Notes: generated by a model not told the origin, from the sequence alone. DNA of 64,000 nt from Octopus sinensis (GCF_006345805.1 NC_042997.1:26226001-26290000), one strand, 5' to 3'; positions 13,853 through 26,564 are shown, counted from the first letter of the stretch. Program-made: numbers and translations.

Positions 13853-14075
13853 CTTTCGATTGTAATAGAATATGAGCAGTAATTATATCAACATTAAAAT
13901 AAATGAGTCAAATAAATAATGAAAATTATAGGGAAGTGAAATAAAACAATATAAAAGCGTACTAGGGAGTCAAAGTGGAGATGAAAACGATGAGAATCCG
14001 AACTAGGAGATACTTCCAATTGATCTTTGCACTGTACGTGTATTTTTACTTAGAAAACACACACACACATCCACA

Positions 14076-14112
<37 letters not shown>

Positions 14113-14151
14113 TATATATATCCAGCAATCCATATATGTGTGTGTGTCTAT

Positions 14152-14183
<32 letters not shown>

Positions 14184-14206
14184 CTATCTATTTATCTATC
14201 CATCTA

Positions 14207-14256
<50 letters not shown>

Positions 14257-14624
14257 GAGAGAGAGGGAGGGAGAGAGAGAGAGAGCGCGAGGAGGTTGAA
14301 AGATTAATGTCAGTCATTTAAAAACATAAATCTGTTATATTGTGTAATTTAAAATGGCTAACTTGGCTTTTTTTCTGTACGTAATTGCTACAAGTTCAAC
14401 ACAAGACCCCAGATGAAGTCACTTGTGAAAACAAATACAGCTCTAATATATATAACAGAATTTGTGTGTGTGTGTGTGTGTGTGTGTTTATGTGAATGGA
14501 TGTGTGTACATATATATATATGTACGTATATACACATCTATATATGTGTGTGTGTGTTTGTATTCATGTTTATATACACATACACACACACACACGCACA
14601 CACACGCACATATATATATATAGA

Positions 14625-14691
14625 GAGAGATAGATAAATATAGAGATAGATAGATAGATAGATAGATAGAAAGATAGATAGATAGATAGAT

Positions 14692-14784
<93 letters not shown>

Positions 14785-14785
14785 T
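14625..14785. repeat. (GATA)n microsatellite; others at 36448-36545, 36792-36857 and 54419-54460
   Basis: Directly visible. Confidence 0.95.
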
Positions 14786-15557
14786 GTATACGTATATGTA
14801 TATATGCATACAGTAATAATAGTAATAAACTACTTAATCTCCGGTAGGGTTAATTAATATCCGATGGAATTAATCTCCGGTGAAGTAAACCGCAAGCGGA
14901 GTCAATCTCCGATAGGAATGAGTAGAGAGTAAAAGAAGGGGAGAGAGTGAGAAAGAGAGAGAGAGAGGGGGGAGAGAGAATTAGTGAAGAAGAAAAGAAA
15001 GACGTACAGTAGAGAAACAGAGACAAGGTGAGAGAGCGAGAGGGATAGAGAAATCAGTTTCGAAACACTTTTTTTTATCTTAAGCTCTATTAATGGTGAA
15101 CTAAGTTTTGTTACGAATGGTCTGTACTGTGTATTATATCGTAGGTAATTATCAGTGAAAAACCGTCAATGTTCATCTCTTACGTTTTTTTTTTTTTTTT
15201 TCCTGGCGTAAGAATGAATTCAAATATACTAGGGGTCCGTACGTTTTTCTTCATTTTTTTTTCATTTTTTTTCGTAGATTTTCTTTTTTTTTTCAAACCA
15301 TTTTGCTACTTAATTTTGCTTTCCTCTATCTGAAATGGCTCATGCAATATTTTTTTTTTTTTTTTCAGCATTGTTTCTTTTTTAATGTTTAACTTTTCTT
15401 GTAATAATAATAAAAAAAATAAAATTAAATATATCCCTTTTTTTTTTTTCTTATGTCCTTCTTCGCTATTCCAATATTGTTTCAAGACACGCACATGCGT
15501 ATGTGCGCGCACACACATATATACAAATATGGACAAACACAAACATACACACGCACG

Positions 15558-15603
<46 letters not shown>

Positions 15604-15743
15604 GATATACGCATACATGCATATATATATATATCTATAGGTATCTGCTTATCTACCATTCTATTATTCTATCTATCGATCATATCCCTCTCTCTATCTC
15701 TCTATATATAGATATATGTATATATTTATATATATGTATATAT

Positions 15744-15785
<42 letters not shown>

Positions 15786-15794
15786 ATATATATG

Positions 15795-15825
<31 letters not shown>

Positions 15826-15860
15826 GTGTATATATATATGTATATGTATATATATATGTA

Positions 15861-16393
15861 TGTGTTCAACCATTGATAATTTATCGCCTGTGAATATGAA
15901 ATTCCTCTTCATTTCTCTGGAAATTTACACCTACACCATTGGAAATTGTGCATCTATACAAAGGATTAATTCACCCTCTCTGTAATGCTAATAAGCAGGA
16001 ATTGAGACCCACCTCGTTGTGATAACAATGGATAATTTGTCGTCTGTGAGTATGTAATCCCTCCTCATATCTCTGGAAATTCATATGTACACTATGGATT
16101 AAGTCACCTTCTCTGTGATGCTATTAAAACTTTTTAAAATTCTGTGATAAGACTATACATCATCTTTAAAGAACTTTAATGAACTTTGGAAATCTGTTTA
16201 TGTTACTTAATTATCTACATTACTTCATGAGTATAGCCTCAACCACTAGGCTGTCTAGAGAACTCACATGTATTTTAGCTGATGAGTACGGGACACGTTT
16301 ATATGCTGCAATTTTTGCAACTTTTAATAAAGCCTGTCCTTGTATGAAACGATTGTACTAAAAACCTATCCATTCTTGTTGCTTCTTTCTCGC
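15861..16393 (+). repeat. PLE 5' pseudo-LTR (533 bp)
   Basis: Near-identical to 20489-21020; only a handful of substitutions and indels by eye. Confidence 0.92.
16273..16363 (+). ncRNA. Type I hammerhead ribozyme in 5' pLTR
   Basis: Stem I TTTTAG/CTAAAA; core CTGATGA; stem II GTACGGGACA...TGTCCTTGTAT; GAAAC; palindromic stem III ACGATTGT; cleavage triplet GTA (16355-57). Confidence 0.85.
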
Positions 16394-16566
16394 TTATAAT
16401 CACCCCACATTACTGTATTGTTAAAACCGTATAGTTTTTTTTGGTGCATCTAAGTTAGGTACCATATTCAAGTAAATTCATTTAAATTAACTTGAATCTT
16501 TATTGCTTTTTGAATATATTCCCATACAGTCTGTATGTTTTTCTGGTACTTAATTTCTCAACAAGA

Positions 16567-19443
16567 ATGGAAAAAGTAAACATTGAGTTCTCCCCTAAAG
16601 ACATCCCCTTACATAGTATAGATGAATATAATTGGCTTCTCATTCATAGGATTAACGATTTCATTAGAAGAATCAGGTGGAAAACGTACCATTTTGATGT
16701 CAAACAGAAGAAGAAACCACAGGAAAAGAATACCGAAAAGAATTTTGGAAGAATTTTTAAAAGTAGAAAAAGTCCACCTCAGAACCCATTCCTGGAGAAC
16801 TTTGAGAAAGACTTGCTGAATCTTATAGATGATATTAGCTTCAAGGAACACCCGTTAAGATACAACCCTCACCTTAGACACCTTAGGAACTTTATTCAGT
16901 CAACCCGGTGCAAACATGGAATCCTAGTACCAGCAGATAAAACGGGTAATATGTATAGAGTTGATTACGATCTTTATAGCAAATTAATTAGGAAGGAACT
17001 AAACTCCAAATATAAAATTACGACTAAGAACAATTTGAAAAAAGTAAACCTGGAAATGAAAGAGATCATGGAGAAATTAAATTTAACGGATAGAACAGAG
17101 CCGCTTAAACCGTGTGAGCCCAGGATCAACCTTAAAGACCACAAAAAGAATTTCTTGGAAAACCCTTCGGTAAGGCTGATCTGTCCAACTAAGTCGGACA
17201 TTGGCCGACTTAGTAAATCTATCCTGGATACTGTTCTACCCAAAATAACCCCTCTTCTCCCCTTAAACCTATGGCTAAGTACGGACGAAGTTCTAAAATG
17301 GTTTAACTCTAACTAATACTAGTGGTCTGTCCTTTATTCAGTTCGATATTAATAGTTATTACTCTAGTATTTCCCCTATCTTACTCAACAAATCACTAAT
17401 ATTTGCCATGAATCGCTCCCTCATATCTAGAGAAGAAATCAATATTGTGCTACTAGCTAGGAAGACATTTATAGAATTTGAAGATAAATTATGGACTAGA
17501 GCAGATACACCTAATTATTTTGATATACCAATGGGTTCCAGTGATTCGGCTGAGGTAACCAACCTAGTAGGCGCATATCTATAAAATGCAATAAGCAAGG
17601 ATATCCCAGAAATACAGGGGGGTCTATATAGGGATGATGCTCTGTTTGTTATCCCTAGTAATAATAATCTGTTATAGAAAGGATTAGAAAGAAAATTAAT
17701 AAGTTCTTTAAGGATTTCAACCTCAGTATAACGTATGAACCGGGCACTAAAATAGTTAACTTCCTAGATATTACGCTAGACCTTAACTCCAAGCTGCATT
17801 ACCCATTTAGAAAGGAAGGCGAAATCACGAATTACGTAAATAAATTATCAAATCATCCCCCAAATATAATTGAATCTTTAGTAAGAAATATTTCATTAAG
17901 AATTTCAAAATTATCATCCAATAAGGATATATTTAACTCCCATTCTGAGCATTATAATGCGGCGTTAACTAAGGCTGGATACAACCAAAAGATTACATTC
18001 GTTGATAATGAGAACTCACGTATTCCTAATAAAGAAGTTATCAGTAATCACGTAAGCAGCAATACAGACCAAGCCCGAAATAAAAGTAGAATTAATTAAC
18101 GGTAAACGCTAATCTAACGTACAGGCCCAACAATTCAAATAGAAGCATTGACCAGAACATAGGTAACTCGGATAATATCGAAGTAGATAAACCAAAGATG
18201 CACACAATAAAAATAAAAATAATGATAATAAATACAATAACTCCGGTGAGATGAATAGTAATAATTCTACGAACCCTAAATTTAATAAAAAAGATATAAT
18301 ATGGCTGAATATTCCTTTCAACTGTGCGATACAATCGGATATACAGAACAAATTCAAAGTAATTCTGGAAAAAAATTTCCCAATCTCTCATAGATATCAT
18401 AGAATTATTTCTAGGAAAACAGTTAGGATTTCTTATTCAACCCTCCCAAATATGTCCACTTTAATAGCTAAGATTAATAATAACAACATTAAACTAGCCA
18501 GGAAAGATAGAAATAAAAATAAAAATAATAATATCAGCATGAATACCAATAGCAATTATAATAATACTACCAACAATAAAAACAGCAATAGTAACTATCA
18601 AAACATGGGTGAAATTAGTAACCACAGAATGACTAATAACATTAACATTAATAGTAATAATAACAATACCGATATTAATAGAAGTAATAATGTTAATAAT
18701 AGAAATAATAGAAATAAGGCTAATGGAGAAAATAAGGAGAATGAAAATATCATTGATATCTATAACAACAATATGCAGTCGGATAAAAAGACTAACAATA
18801 ATAGTAACATTACCAATAATATAAGAAATCATGGTAGGACTTTAGACCTAAAAGATGAAACAGAAGGATCAATAAATAATAGCAATACTTTAGATATCAG
18901 CACCAACTATAGAATATTAATAACAATAAGGACAATTATACTCATGATAATCAAAATAATAGGAACCTAAAACATCTACCCAAGAATAATCCAAAACCTG
19001 AAGTTGTTCCTCCTGTGTGTAAGTGTAGAATAAAATCAAAATGCCCGGCACCTGGTCTATGCGGGGAAAATAATGTAATCTATAAATGTACCATTTCCAC
19101 GGAGAATAAAAAATATTTTTACATTGGATGTACAATTAATTTTCTAGCCAGAGTTAGAAATCACATCTCGTCTTTTAAATTACGTCATAAAGCTGGTACC
19201 ACCACACTTTCAAACAAAATCTGGGAACTCAAAAATAATAATAATAATTATAACCTTAATTGGGAAATAGTTAGGAGAGCAATTCCGTATAAAAATAGCA
19301 GGGTTGGTTGCCAACTATGCTCCATGGAGACGTATGAAATTCTAAAGCATAGAAAACATAGAAACTTATTGAATAACCATATCGAACTAGGTCAAGTTTG
19401 TGTCCACGCTAAATTGAAGACTTTAAAATATTTAAATGATTAG
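16567..19443 (+). pseudogene. PLE RT/GIY-YIG polyprotein, interrupted
   Basis: ORF pieces 16567-17316, about 17320-18090 (in-frame TAA near 17582, frameshift near 17667), 18251-about 18900 and 19015-19443 translate into one colinear PLE protein. Confidence 0.88.
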
Positions 19444-20488
19444 AATATTCGTAACTAGATAGATAGATAGATATAACTTGATTTTTACTAGTATAGCACT
19501 GCTTTAAGTAGATAACTAAGAGTTCTCACACTACAGTTATCTTTTTCCTTATATCTGCATCAGTTTTTTGAGAACAGGGAAATGAATAGTACTTATACGC
19601 TGCTTAATTGAGGCTTTATTTAATTTCAAACTCATAATTTTAAATCTTAATTTTAAATCTTCATTTTAATTTTTAATTTTAATTCTTAACTTAATCTAAT
19701 TTAAGTAGCATAACTTTAATAAAATAAAATGAGTTACTAAAGCCCCATAATTCTATTTCAAAATTAAATAAATAAGGCTACTCCCTCGGTGATAATATGA
19801 TTATCTTCATTATGATAGACAATTCCCTAACACCTTGTAAATGATCTTCTAAGATTTGACCTGTAGTCCGTCAATGTATGAATAATAACGGCAACTCCTT
19901 AAGACAGTAAAATGAATAAATTAAATAAATAAATTTTAATGACTTTTTGATAAGATTACACTTAGATTTTCCTAATGTATTTTCTTTTGATTTTAGCCTT
20001 TGACCCCTAAACCCCTGACCGTGTTATCTCTTTAGATTCTCTTTAAATTCATAGCTGCTTTCAACAGCAATAAATTAGCTGTTTTACTGGTCAAAGAATA
20101 ATATTCCCCTCTAGTTCCTAGATGCCTGTAAATTAAAACCAGACTTGCCGTCTACTAATTCTTCTGTATAACTAGAACCCTCTTTTTTTCTTTTTCTTTT
20201 TTTCCCTTCTTTCCCTATTCTTTCTCTTTTCTCTTTTTTTTTCTTCTTCTTATTCTCTCTTCTCTTTTTTTCTTTTTCCTTTTCTCTTCTTTTTAGTCCC
20301 CCCCCTTTTGCTCCCTCCTCCTTTATTTTCTCTCTTTTCTTCTCTTTCCTTCCCTTTTCTGTTCTTTGCCTCTCTAGAAAGCCCTTCAGCCTTTAAAAGT
20401 TAAATAGCTACAGTCTCTTGAAAATAGCAGTAATGTGATTAATGTGGAAAATACCTAATCATATAGCAAGAATTGATACCTACCTCAT

Positions 20489-21020
20489 TGTGTTCAACCA
20501 TTGATAAATTTATCGCCTGTGAATATGAAATTCCTCTTCATTTCTCTGGAAATTTACACCTACACCATTGGAAATTGTGCATCTATACAAAGGATTAATT
20601 CACCCTCTCTGTAATGCTAATAAGCAGGAATTGAGACCCACCTCGTTGTGATTAGCAATGGATAAATTTGTCGTGAGTATGTAATCCCTCCTCATATCTC
20701 TGGAAATTCATATGTACACTATGGATCAAGTCACCTTCTCTGTGATGCTATTAAAACTTTTTTTAATTCTGTGATAAGACTATACATCATCTTTAAAGAA
20801 CTTTAATGAACTTTGAAAATCTGTTTATGTTACTTAATTATCTACATTACTTCATGAGTATAGCCTCAACCACTAGGATGTCTAGAGAACTCACATGTAT
20901 TTTAGCTGATGAGTACGGGACACGTTTATATGCTGCAATTTTTGCAACTTTTAATAAAGCCTGTCCTTGTATGAAACGATTGTACTAAAAACCTATCCAT
21001 TCTTGTTGCTTCTTTCTCGC
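20489..21020 (+). repeat. PLE 3' pseudo-LTR (532 bp)
   Basis: Direct repeat of 15861-16393. Confidence 0.92.
20900..20990 (+). ncRNA. Type I hammerhead ribozyme in 3' pLTR
   Basis: Identical to 16273-16363; GTA at 20982-84. Confidence 0.85.
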
Positions 21021-21029
21021 GTATATATG

Positions 21030-21063
<34 letters not shown>

Positions 21064-21064
21064 T

Positions 21065-21241
21065 GTTTGTGTCGAAGGCAAAGATCTGTGTTTGCTCTAA
21101 GCTCAGCTGATGTTATATATATATATATATATATACCTAAATATATATGTGTCTGTGTGTGCGTGTGTGTGTGAGTATACATACATTCAGCTATCTATCA
21201 GTCAACCAAACAATCGATCAAATAAACATATATATAAAGAT

Positions 21242-21290
<49 letters not shown>

Positions 21291-22001
21291 TAAATAGAGA
21301 GAGAGGGAGAGAGGACATTTGTAGTTATTCAATGGCCCATACATATTCACATACATGCATGCAAGCATACACACTGTCTTCATACCAATCTTCAGAAATT
21401 AGGCTTCTCAAAACCAGAAAGGAGAAAGCTAATTCGAAGACTACAGATCCAATCCATCACTGGAACTGTAAAAGTCTGTAAAACTTTGCAGAAGTTTATC
21501 ATTTAAATATATATGAACATGTCTAGATATGTAACTATGATTGTAATCCAATGAATAAAAGAAATAAACGATAAAAGAAAAGATGTGCCTTTATAGAAAC
21601 TCCAAATTCTGTATGTATCTACACACAACAATCATACGACTCACTTGACAACAAAGAAATGTCTTCGTAATCGCATCACAAACTAGTTGTTGAACATGAC
21701 TATATTTAAGCCACAGCTCGCATATCATATCATACCTCAGGGAACAGTGGTTGGGGGAGGGAATATAAGTGATACAAAAGGGATAGAGGGAGTGCTCGAT
21801 AAAAGTGTGAGGAGAGATGTTTTGAGATGAGGAAGAGGTGACTGCAGCAAGTGATGGTGAGAAACGGTAGTGGCTAGGTGGTGTGTATGTAGATATGTGA
21901 GGGCATGGAGAGTGTGCAGATAGGCACTTGGAACGGATTCATTAAGTGAATAACATCAGCTGAGCTTAGAGCAAACACAGATCTTTGCCTTCGACACAAA
22001 C
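21065..22001. mobile_element. Element bounded by 52-bp perfect inverted repeats
   Basis: 21065-21116 equals the reverse complement of 21950-22001; AT/TA flanks. Confidence 0.6.
21378..21510 (+). mobile_element. C-terminal fragment of a probable REL-endonuclease non-LTR retrotransposon
   Basis: HTNLQKLGFSKPERRKLIRRLQIQSITGTVKVCKTLQKFII-stop resembles REL-type C-termini; resemblance only. Confidence 0.45.
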
Positions 22002-22180
22002 TACATAATTGGGTGCATCAGCGGTAAAAAGGACTCTCGAAAAGGAGGAAAACTTTAGGTACCTTGGTGCCTGGATATCACTCCTCGTTTAAGGGAATTT
22101 GAGTGCAGAAGGTAGTTGCCTGCAAAGAGTTGCACTACATGAGAAATATGGGAAAGTCTGTGCTCAGAAGGCAGATCAAG

Positions 22181-22470
22181 TTCCTTCTCGAGCCACGCCT
22201 AGCGCATAAGGGCCGGTTTCCCGGTTTCCTTGGCATATAGGTTCCCCACCTGGACGGAACGCCGGTCCGTCGCAGGTGAGCTGCAAGAGGAAAGAGTAAG
22301 AGAAAGTTGTGGCGAAAGAGTCAGCAGAAGTTCTCCATAACCTTCTGCTGGAGCCGTGTGGAGCTTAGGTGTTTCGCTCATAAACACACACATCGCCCGG
22401 TCTGAGATTCGAACCCGCGATCCCTCGACCGCGAGTCCGCTGCTCTAACCACTAGGCCATGTGCCTCCAC
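22181..22470 (-). mobile_element. SINE: family A head plus tail 3
   Basis: 13-bp TSD aaggcagatcaag at 22168-80 and 22471-83. Confidence 0.85.
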
Positions 22471-23547
22471 AAGGCAGATCAAGCGTAACCTCTTCCACTA
22501 AAATGTTGATTCTATTCTATTATATGGCGTATAAATATGTTCACCAACAGCTTCCCAGGAGAAATCACCGAATGAATGCTCCATATGACCGTTTGTTCTT
22601 TCTTTCAGTCAATCTCGGCAGGTATATCCGAGATGTTTGCATTCAAATGCCCGGAATAACTGGAAATTTTATGCAAAAATTATAAATAAATGGAAAACGA
22701 AAATAATGAGAATCAACAGCAACGACAAAACAAGTCAACCCAAATTTTCTGAGTACAGTCCACCAAACGTATAGGGATGGCAAATAAAATATATTTAGAT
22801 TCAATACCGAAAGCATATAAGCACTTTTCATTACATCACCAATCTGCAACACTGCGCCTTCATCTTCCGATGAAGAATAAATGACGCAGCATAAATAACG
22901 AAAGTATGTCAGGAAGAAAAGGCAATGAAATCCTTCCACAAGGAAATGAAAAGTAAAAAAGAAAAAGATTAAGAGAACAAAGATGAACTAACATTTACTG
23001 ATCTTCGAAAATTAAATAAAAAGTTTAGACAAAATTACATATCTATAACGCCACGAAATTTCCAAAGAAATTAGAATGACACAAAAGCATTATTTATATT
23101 TACTACATAAACAACATCCAAAATGTAGATTACTAGCAAAATTAAAATTTGAGCTCTTCACTGAACTTAAAACAGAATAACCTCAGAATATTGGTGTTTT
23201 TCGACACCGAATACAATACAAAAAACTCCTTACTGGTGTTTTTGGTTGCACTCGAATACAGCGTGGGAAACGGTTAAGTGAAATGGCTTGTGAAGTGCCC
23301 TTACACAACTTAATCCAAAATGTATAATGTTTTATTTCCTTAAATGTTATCTTGTTTTAATTATTGTACGTTTTTTTATACTATTTGCTTGTATTTCTGT
23401 GCCTATGAGCATTTGTATGTATGCATGCGTGTGTGTGTATTTGTATATTTATATATATGTATGTATGTATGTATGTGTGTATGCATGCATGTATGTATGT
23501 ATGTATGTATATATGTATGTATGGATGCATGCATGTATGCATGTATG

Positions 23548-23581
<34 letters not shown>

Positions 23582-23912
23582 TGTATGTATGTATGTATGA
23601 TTATACATATGTTTGTGTATGTATGTATGTGTGAAAGTGAATCTGCCTTTAAAATTCTTTATACGTCCTTCCATACACAGTAAACGTCTCTTACTCACCT
23701 TTCGCGATTTATAGACTTCTTTTTTTACACTCTACACTATCACTCCTTTCTTTATAAAACCCGAATCAAAGTTTTAGATTTTGTATTTCCTCCAGCCCAT
23801 TGGCTTATAATAAAAACAAAACTGTGTGGTACTCGTTATAATAATCAATATAAACATGATAATTTTTGAAATTAGATATTTTCTCTAAGATATATTATTT
23901 TTATGTGAAAAG

Positions 23913-24039
23913 GGGCAGTCCTGAACGCTACAGCACAATCTCAGCGTTGTCCAATCTGTCTTCCAGTAGTGAAGATGATATGTGCCTCTAACAAGATCAC
24001 GTACTGGAACGAGTGCATAATGCGATGGAAAATTTGCCG
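23913..24039 (+). CDS. Kazal gene B, exon 2: (G)AVLNATAQSQRCPICLPVVKMICASNKITYWNECIMRWKIC(R)
   Basis: Acceptor AG at 23911-12; donor CG|GTAAGT at 24040. 127 nt, phase 1/2. Kazal Cys spacing C-x2-C-x7-C-x10-C-x6-C; N-terminal GAVLN shared with gene A. Confidence 0.9.
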
Positions 24040-24137
24040 GTAAGTAAACTTAATGTATCTATACAAGTATGTAGGTATTTCTGAGAAGTTGAGTGAATGC
24101 ATTCGCATCTATATAAAGATGTATATGTGTGTATAAG

Positions 24138-24477
24138 GGTAAAGACCCCCTTCGGTCATGAATGACCATGGGATTGCACCTAGAAAGTTACCCTCCTAGA
24201 CACAAGTCCGGGCAATGTTGTTTATGGAAGACCAGCAGTCGCCCATGCATACCAGCCTCCCCCTCTCCACGCCACCAGTGTTATCCAAGGGAAAGACAAA
24301 GGTCGATACAGCTTGGCACCAGTGACGTCGCAACTCATTTCTACAGCTGAGTGAACTGGAACAACGTGAAATAAAGTGCCTTGCTCAAGAACACAACACG
24401 CAGCCCGGTCCGGGATTCGAGCTCACAACCTCACGATCGTAAGCTCGACGCTCTAACCACTGAGCCATGCGCCTTCA
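24138..24477 (-). mobile_element. SINE family B (tail 2)
   Basis: Near-identical to 9070-9400. Confidence 0.85.
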
Positions 24478-25246
24478 TGTGTGTATACCTATATGAATAT
24501 TAATATAAAGAAACAATAATAAATCTCTGTATGCGTTGACAAGAGGCAATGACCTCGAAACTATAGTCCGTATGTAGTACCCGGATCTTCGAGGGAGGAT
24601 GACCTCCCTTTACAAACAAACAAGGACACTGAGATAGTGTCTAAAGTCCTTCTGGTGACGTTGATCGCCTGGGGCTAAAAGCATCAGTAACACCACAAAA
24701 GTGCCTAGCCACATTCAGATGGCTGATACCCCTTACGTTAATATTAATATACTTATACATATATAAAAATGCATATATAGACAGATACACGCATGCACAC
24801 ATATATATATATTCATTTATATTACTATATACATATATACATACATAGATACATGCTATGTATCTATATTTTACATATGCATAATATTTTACATGCAATA
24901 ACAATTGCATGCAAATTTACTGGCACGTTCTTTCGCTTAACTGGGTAGTTAAAAGTACAAACTCAAAATGATATATATGATATTTTTTGATTATTTTTTA
25001 GGCGCCTCATATTTCTAATGACAATTCAGAGCTTTCCTTATAGTGCCATTAACTTCTGGTCGTTTAATATACATACATACACGTGCACACGTGTACACAC
25101 GCACATATATGTATATGTATAAACACACAAACATATGTGTATATGTATATGTATACATACACACACACATATATATATATAAGAATTTTTTGCGTAATGA
25201 GATAAAAAAACCAAGGCTGTGTAGATATTAGAGCATTTATAGATAG

Positions 25247-25298
25247 GTCTTACAACTGTTTCAAGGATATTTATTAATTATATCCCTTCATCGGAGAC
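25247..25298 (-). ncRNA. Minimal type I hammerhead (U4C core variant) in a PLE terminal-repeat remnant
   Basis: - strand: GTCT CCGATGA AGGGATAT...ATATCCTT GAAAC AGTT GTA AGAC. Confidence 0.65.
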
Positions 25299-25786
25299 GG
25301 TGTGAGAGGATGGTTAAGTAATAGTTAATTTAGTTAATTTATATAAATAAATAAATAGATATATATATATATATATATATAATATATATATATATATATT
25401 ATATATATATATATTTAAACACATAAGACATCTGACTCACTAGAAAGAGCAGTTAAACTCCAAACCACTAATAGTTGTAATTCTGAAAGGGAAAGAGAAA
25501 TAAAAACGTTTATATATATATTTATATATCGTTTTGAAGGCGCATGGCTTATTGGTTAGGGTATTGCAGTCACGATTGCGAGATCGTGGTTTCGATTCCC
25601 AGACAGGCATTGCGTTGTTCTTGAGCAAAGCACTTAATTTCACGTTGCTCTGCGATCATTTCACCACCCGACATCTGGCACATAATGCACCTGTACAGGT
25701 AGTGTCGATTTGATGGAGGTAATGAGTTTATGTGGACACAAACATTTGATCTCTGTACATACATACATATATAAATATACACACAT

Positions 25787-25871
<85 letters not shown>

Positions 25872-26564
25872 AAGGGAAATGTGTTGTTGAAAATGAACCT
25901 AAATTTCAAAAACTCGTAAATGTTTAAAATACATTTATTTACATATATACCAAACTAGTTCCAACAATATTTTTGTTTATAAATGGTAACAATTGAAAAT
26001 TATGAATTAGAAAAACATCTTTAAAATTTTCAATGTTGAAAAATTAACATGTTCAAAACAGATGAATTTAGCATTATGAATTAGGAAGACAGGTGCTAGT
26101 TTGAATGTTCATAGCAGTTAATAATATTAAAACTGTATATCAATTTGTTTGAATGTTTAAAGTTCATTAATGTTAGTGGTGATCGGCAAGTCATACTAAG
26201 TTTTAAAGGGAAAAAACAAGGGAGAAAGGAACATTATAAAATAAGGAATTCGGTTTACAGTTTCTCTGATCTTCTTTCCGTAGACGCTTTCGCTTATAGT
26301 GATATGTTTTGGGATCAGATGTATTTGTAATTTTTTCTGCGAGCGAATCTGATTTTTGATTCGTTAAAATACTGGTAACGTTTTTTGGTGGTCAAGCTTG
26401 TCGTTCCGCTTGATTGGCTTCCCTGTGAAGACGGTCATCAGTCGTTCCGGCCGGCTGGTTCTCATAAAGGGTTTTTTCGTTGTATTTGGTGAAGTTCGGT
26501 TTTGATTGGTCTGGAGTTAGGTGACGTCAGCAACTGGTGTTTGATAAATTTCGTTGGACTAGAG

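Larger units (their letters stand above)
15861..21020 (+). mobile_element. Penelope-like retroelement (RT plus C-terminal GIY-YIG; Hydra-clade-like), structurally complete, ORF disrupted
   Basis: Direct terminal repeats 15861-16393 and 20489-21020. PLE motifs RIRWK, ADKTGN, LKDHK, RLICP, FDINSYYSSI, PMGS, YRDD (17627-38), FLDITLDL, SNHPP, IIWLNIPF, CKC-x5-C-x5-C, VIY...YIG, CQLC, CVH. Inserted in (TA)n. Confidence 0.93.

Noticed and set aside
16179-16361. 60-aa ORF repeated at 20806-20988
   Set aside because: It recurs only because it lies in the pLTR; the conserved feature is the hammerhead RNA.
16394-16566. Possible PLE 5' intron between the pLTR and the ATG
   Set aside because: Several weak GT/AG pairs exist and none can be chosen without transcripts.
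17578-17586. In-frame stop in the PLE RT as possible selenocysteine recoding (known in some Naiad PLEs)
   Set aside because: The codon is TAA, not TGA, and the ORF also has frameshifts.
22584-22621. Alternative phase-1 exon MTVCSFFQSISA-G with donor GTATAT and an upstream TATAAA, close to Kazal B exon 2
   Set aside because: Poor signal peptide and no similarity to the paralog's exon 1. The exon at 11414 fits far better, though this one cannot be fully excluded without RNA data.
22643-22939. - strand ORF containing GAVL
   Set aside because: No Kazal cysteine frame follows; chance match.
26400-26460. CTGATGA on the - strand with a downstream GGAAC
   Set aside because: No GAAA core and no stem I complement; it lies in a degraded LINE-like fragment.
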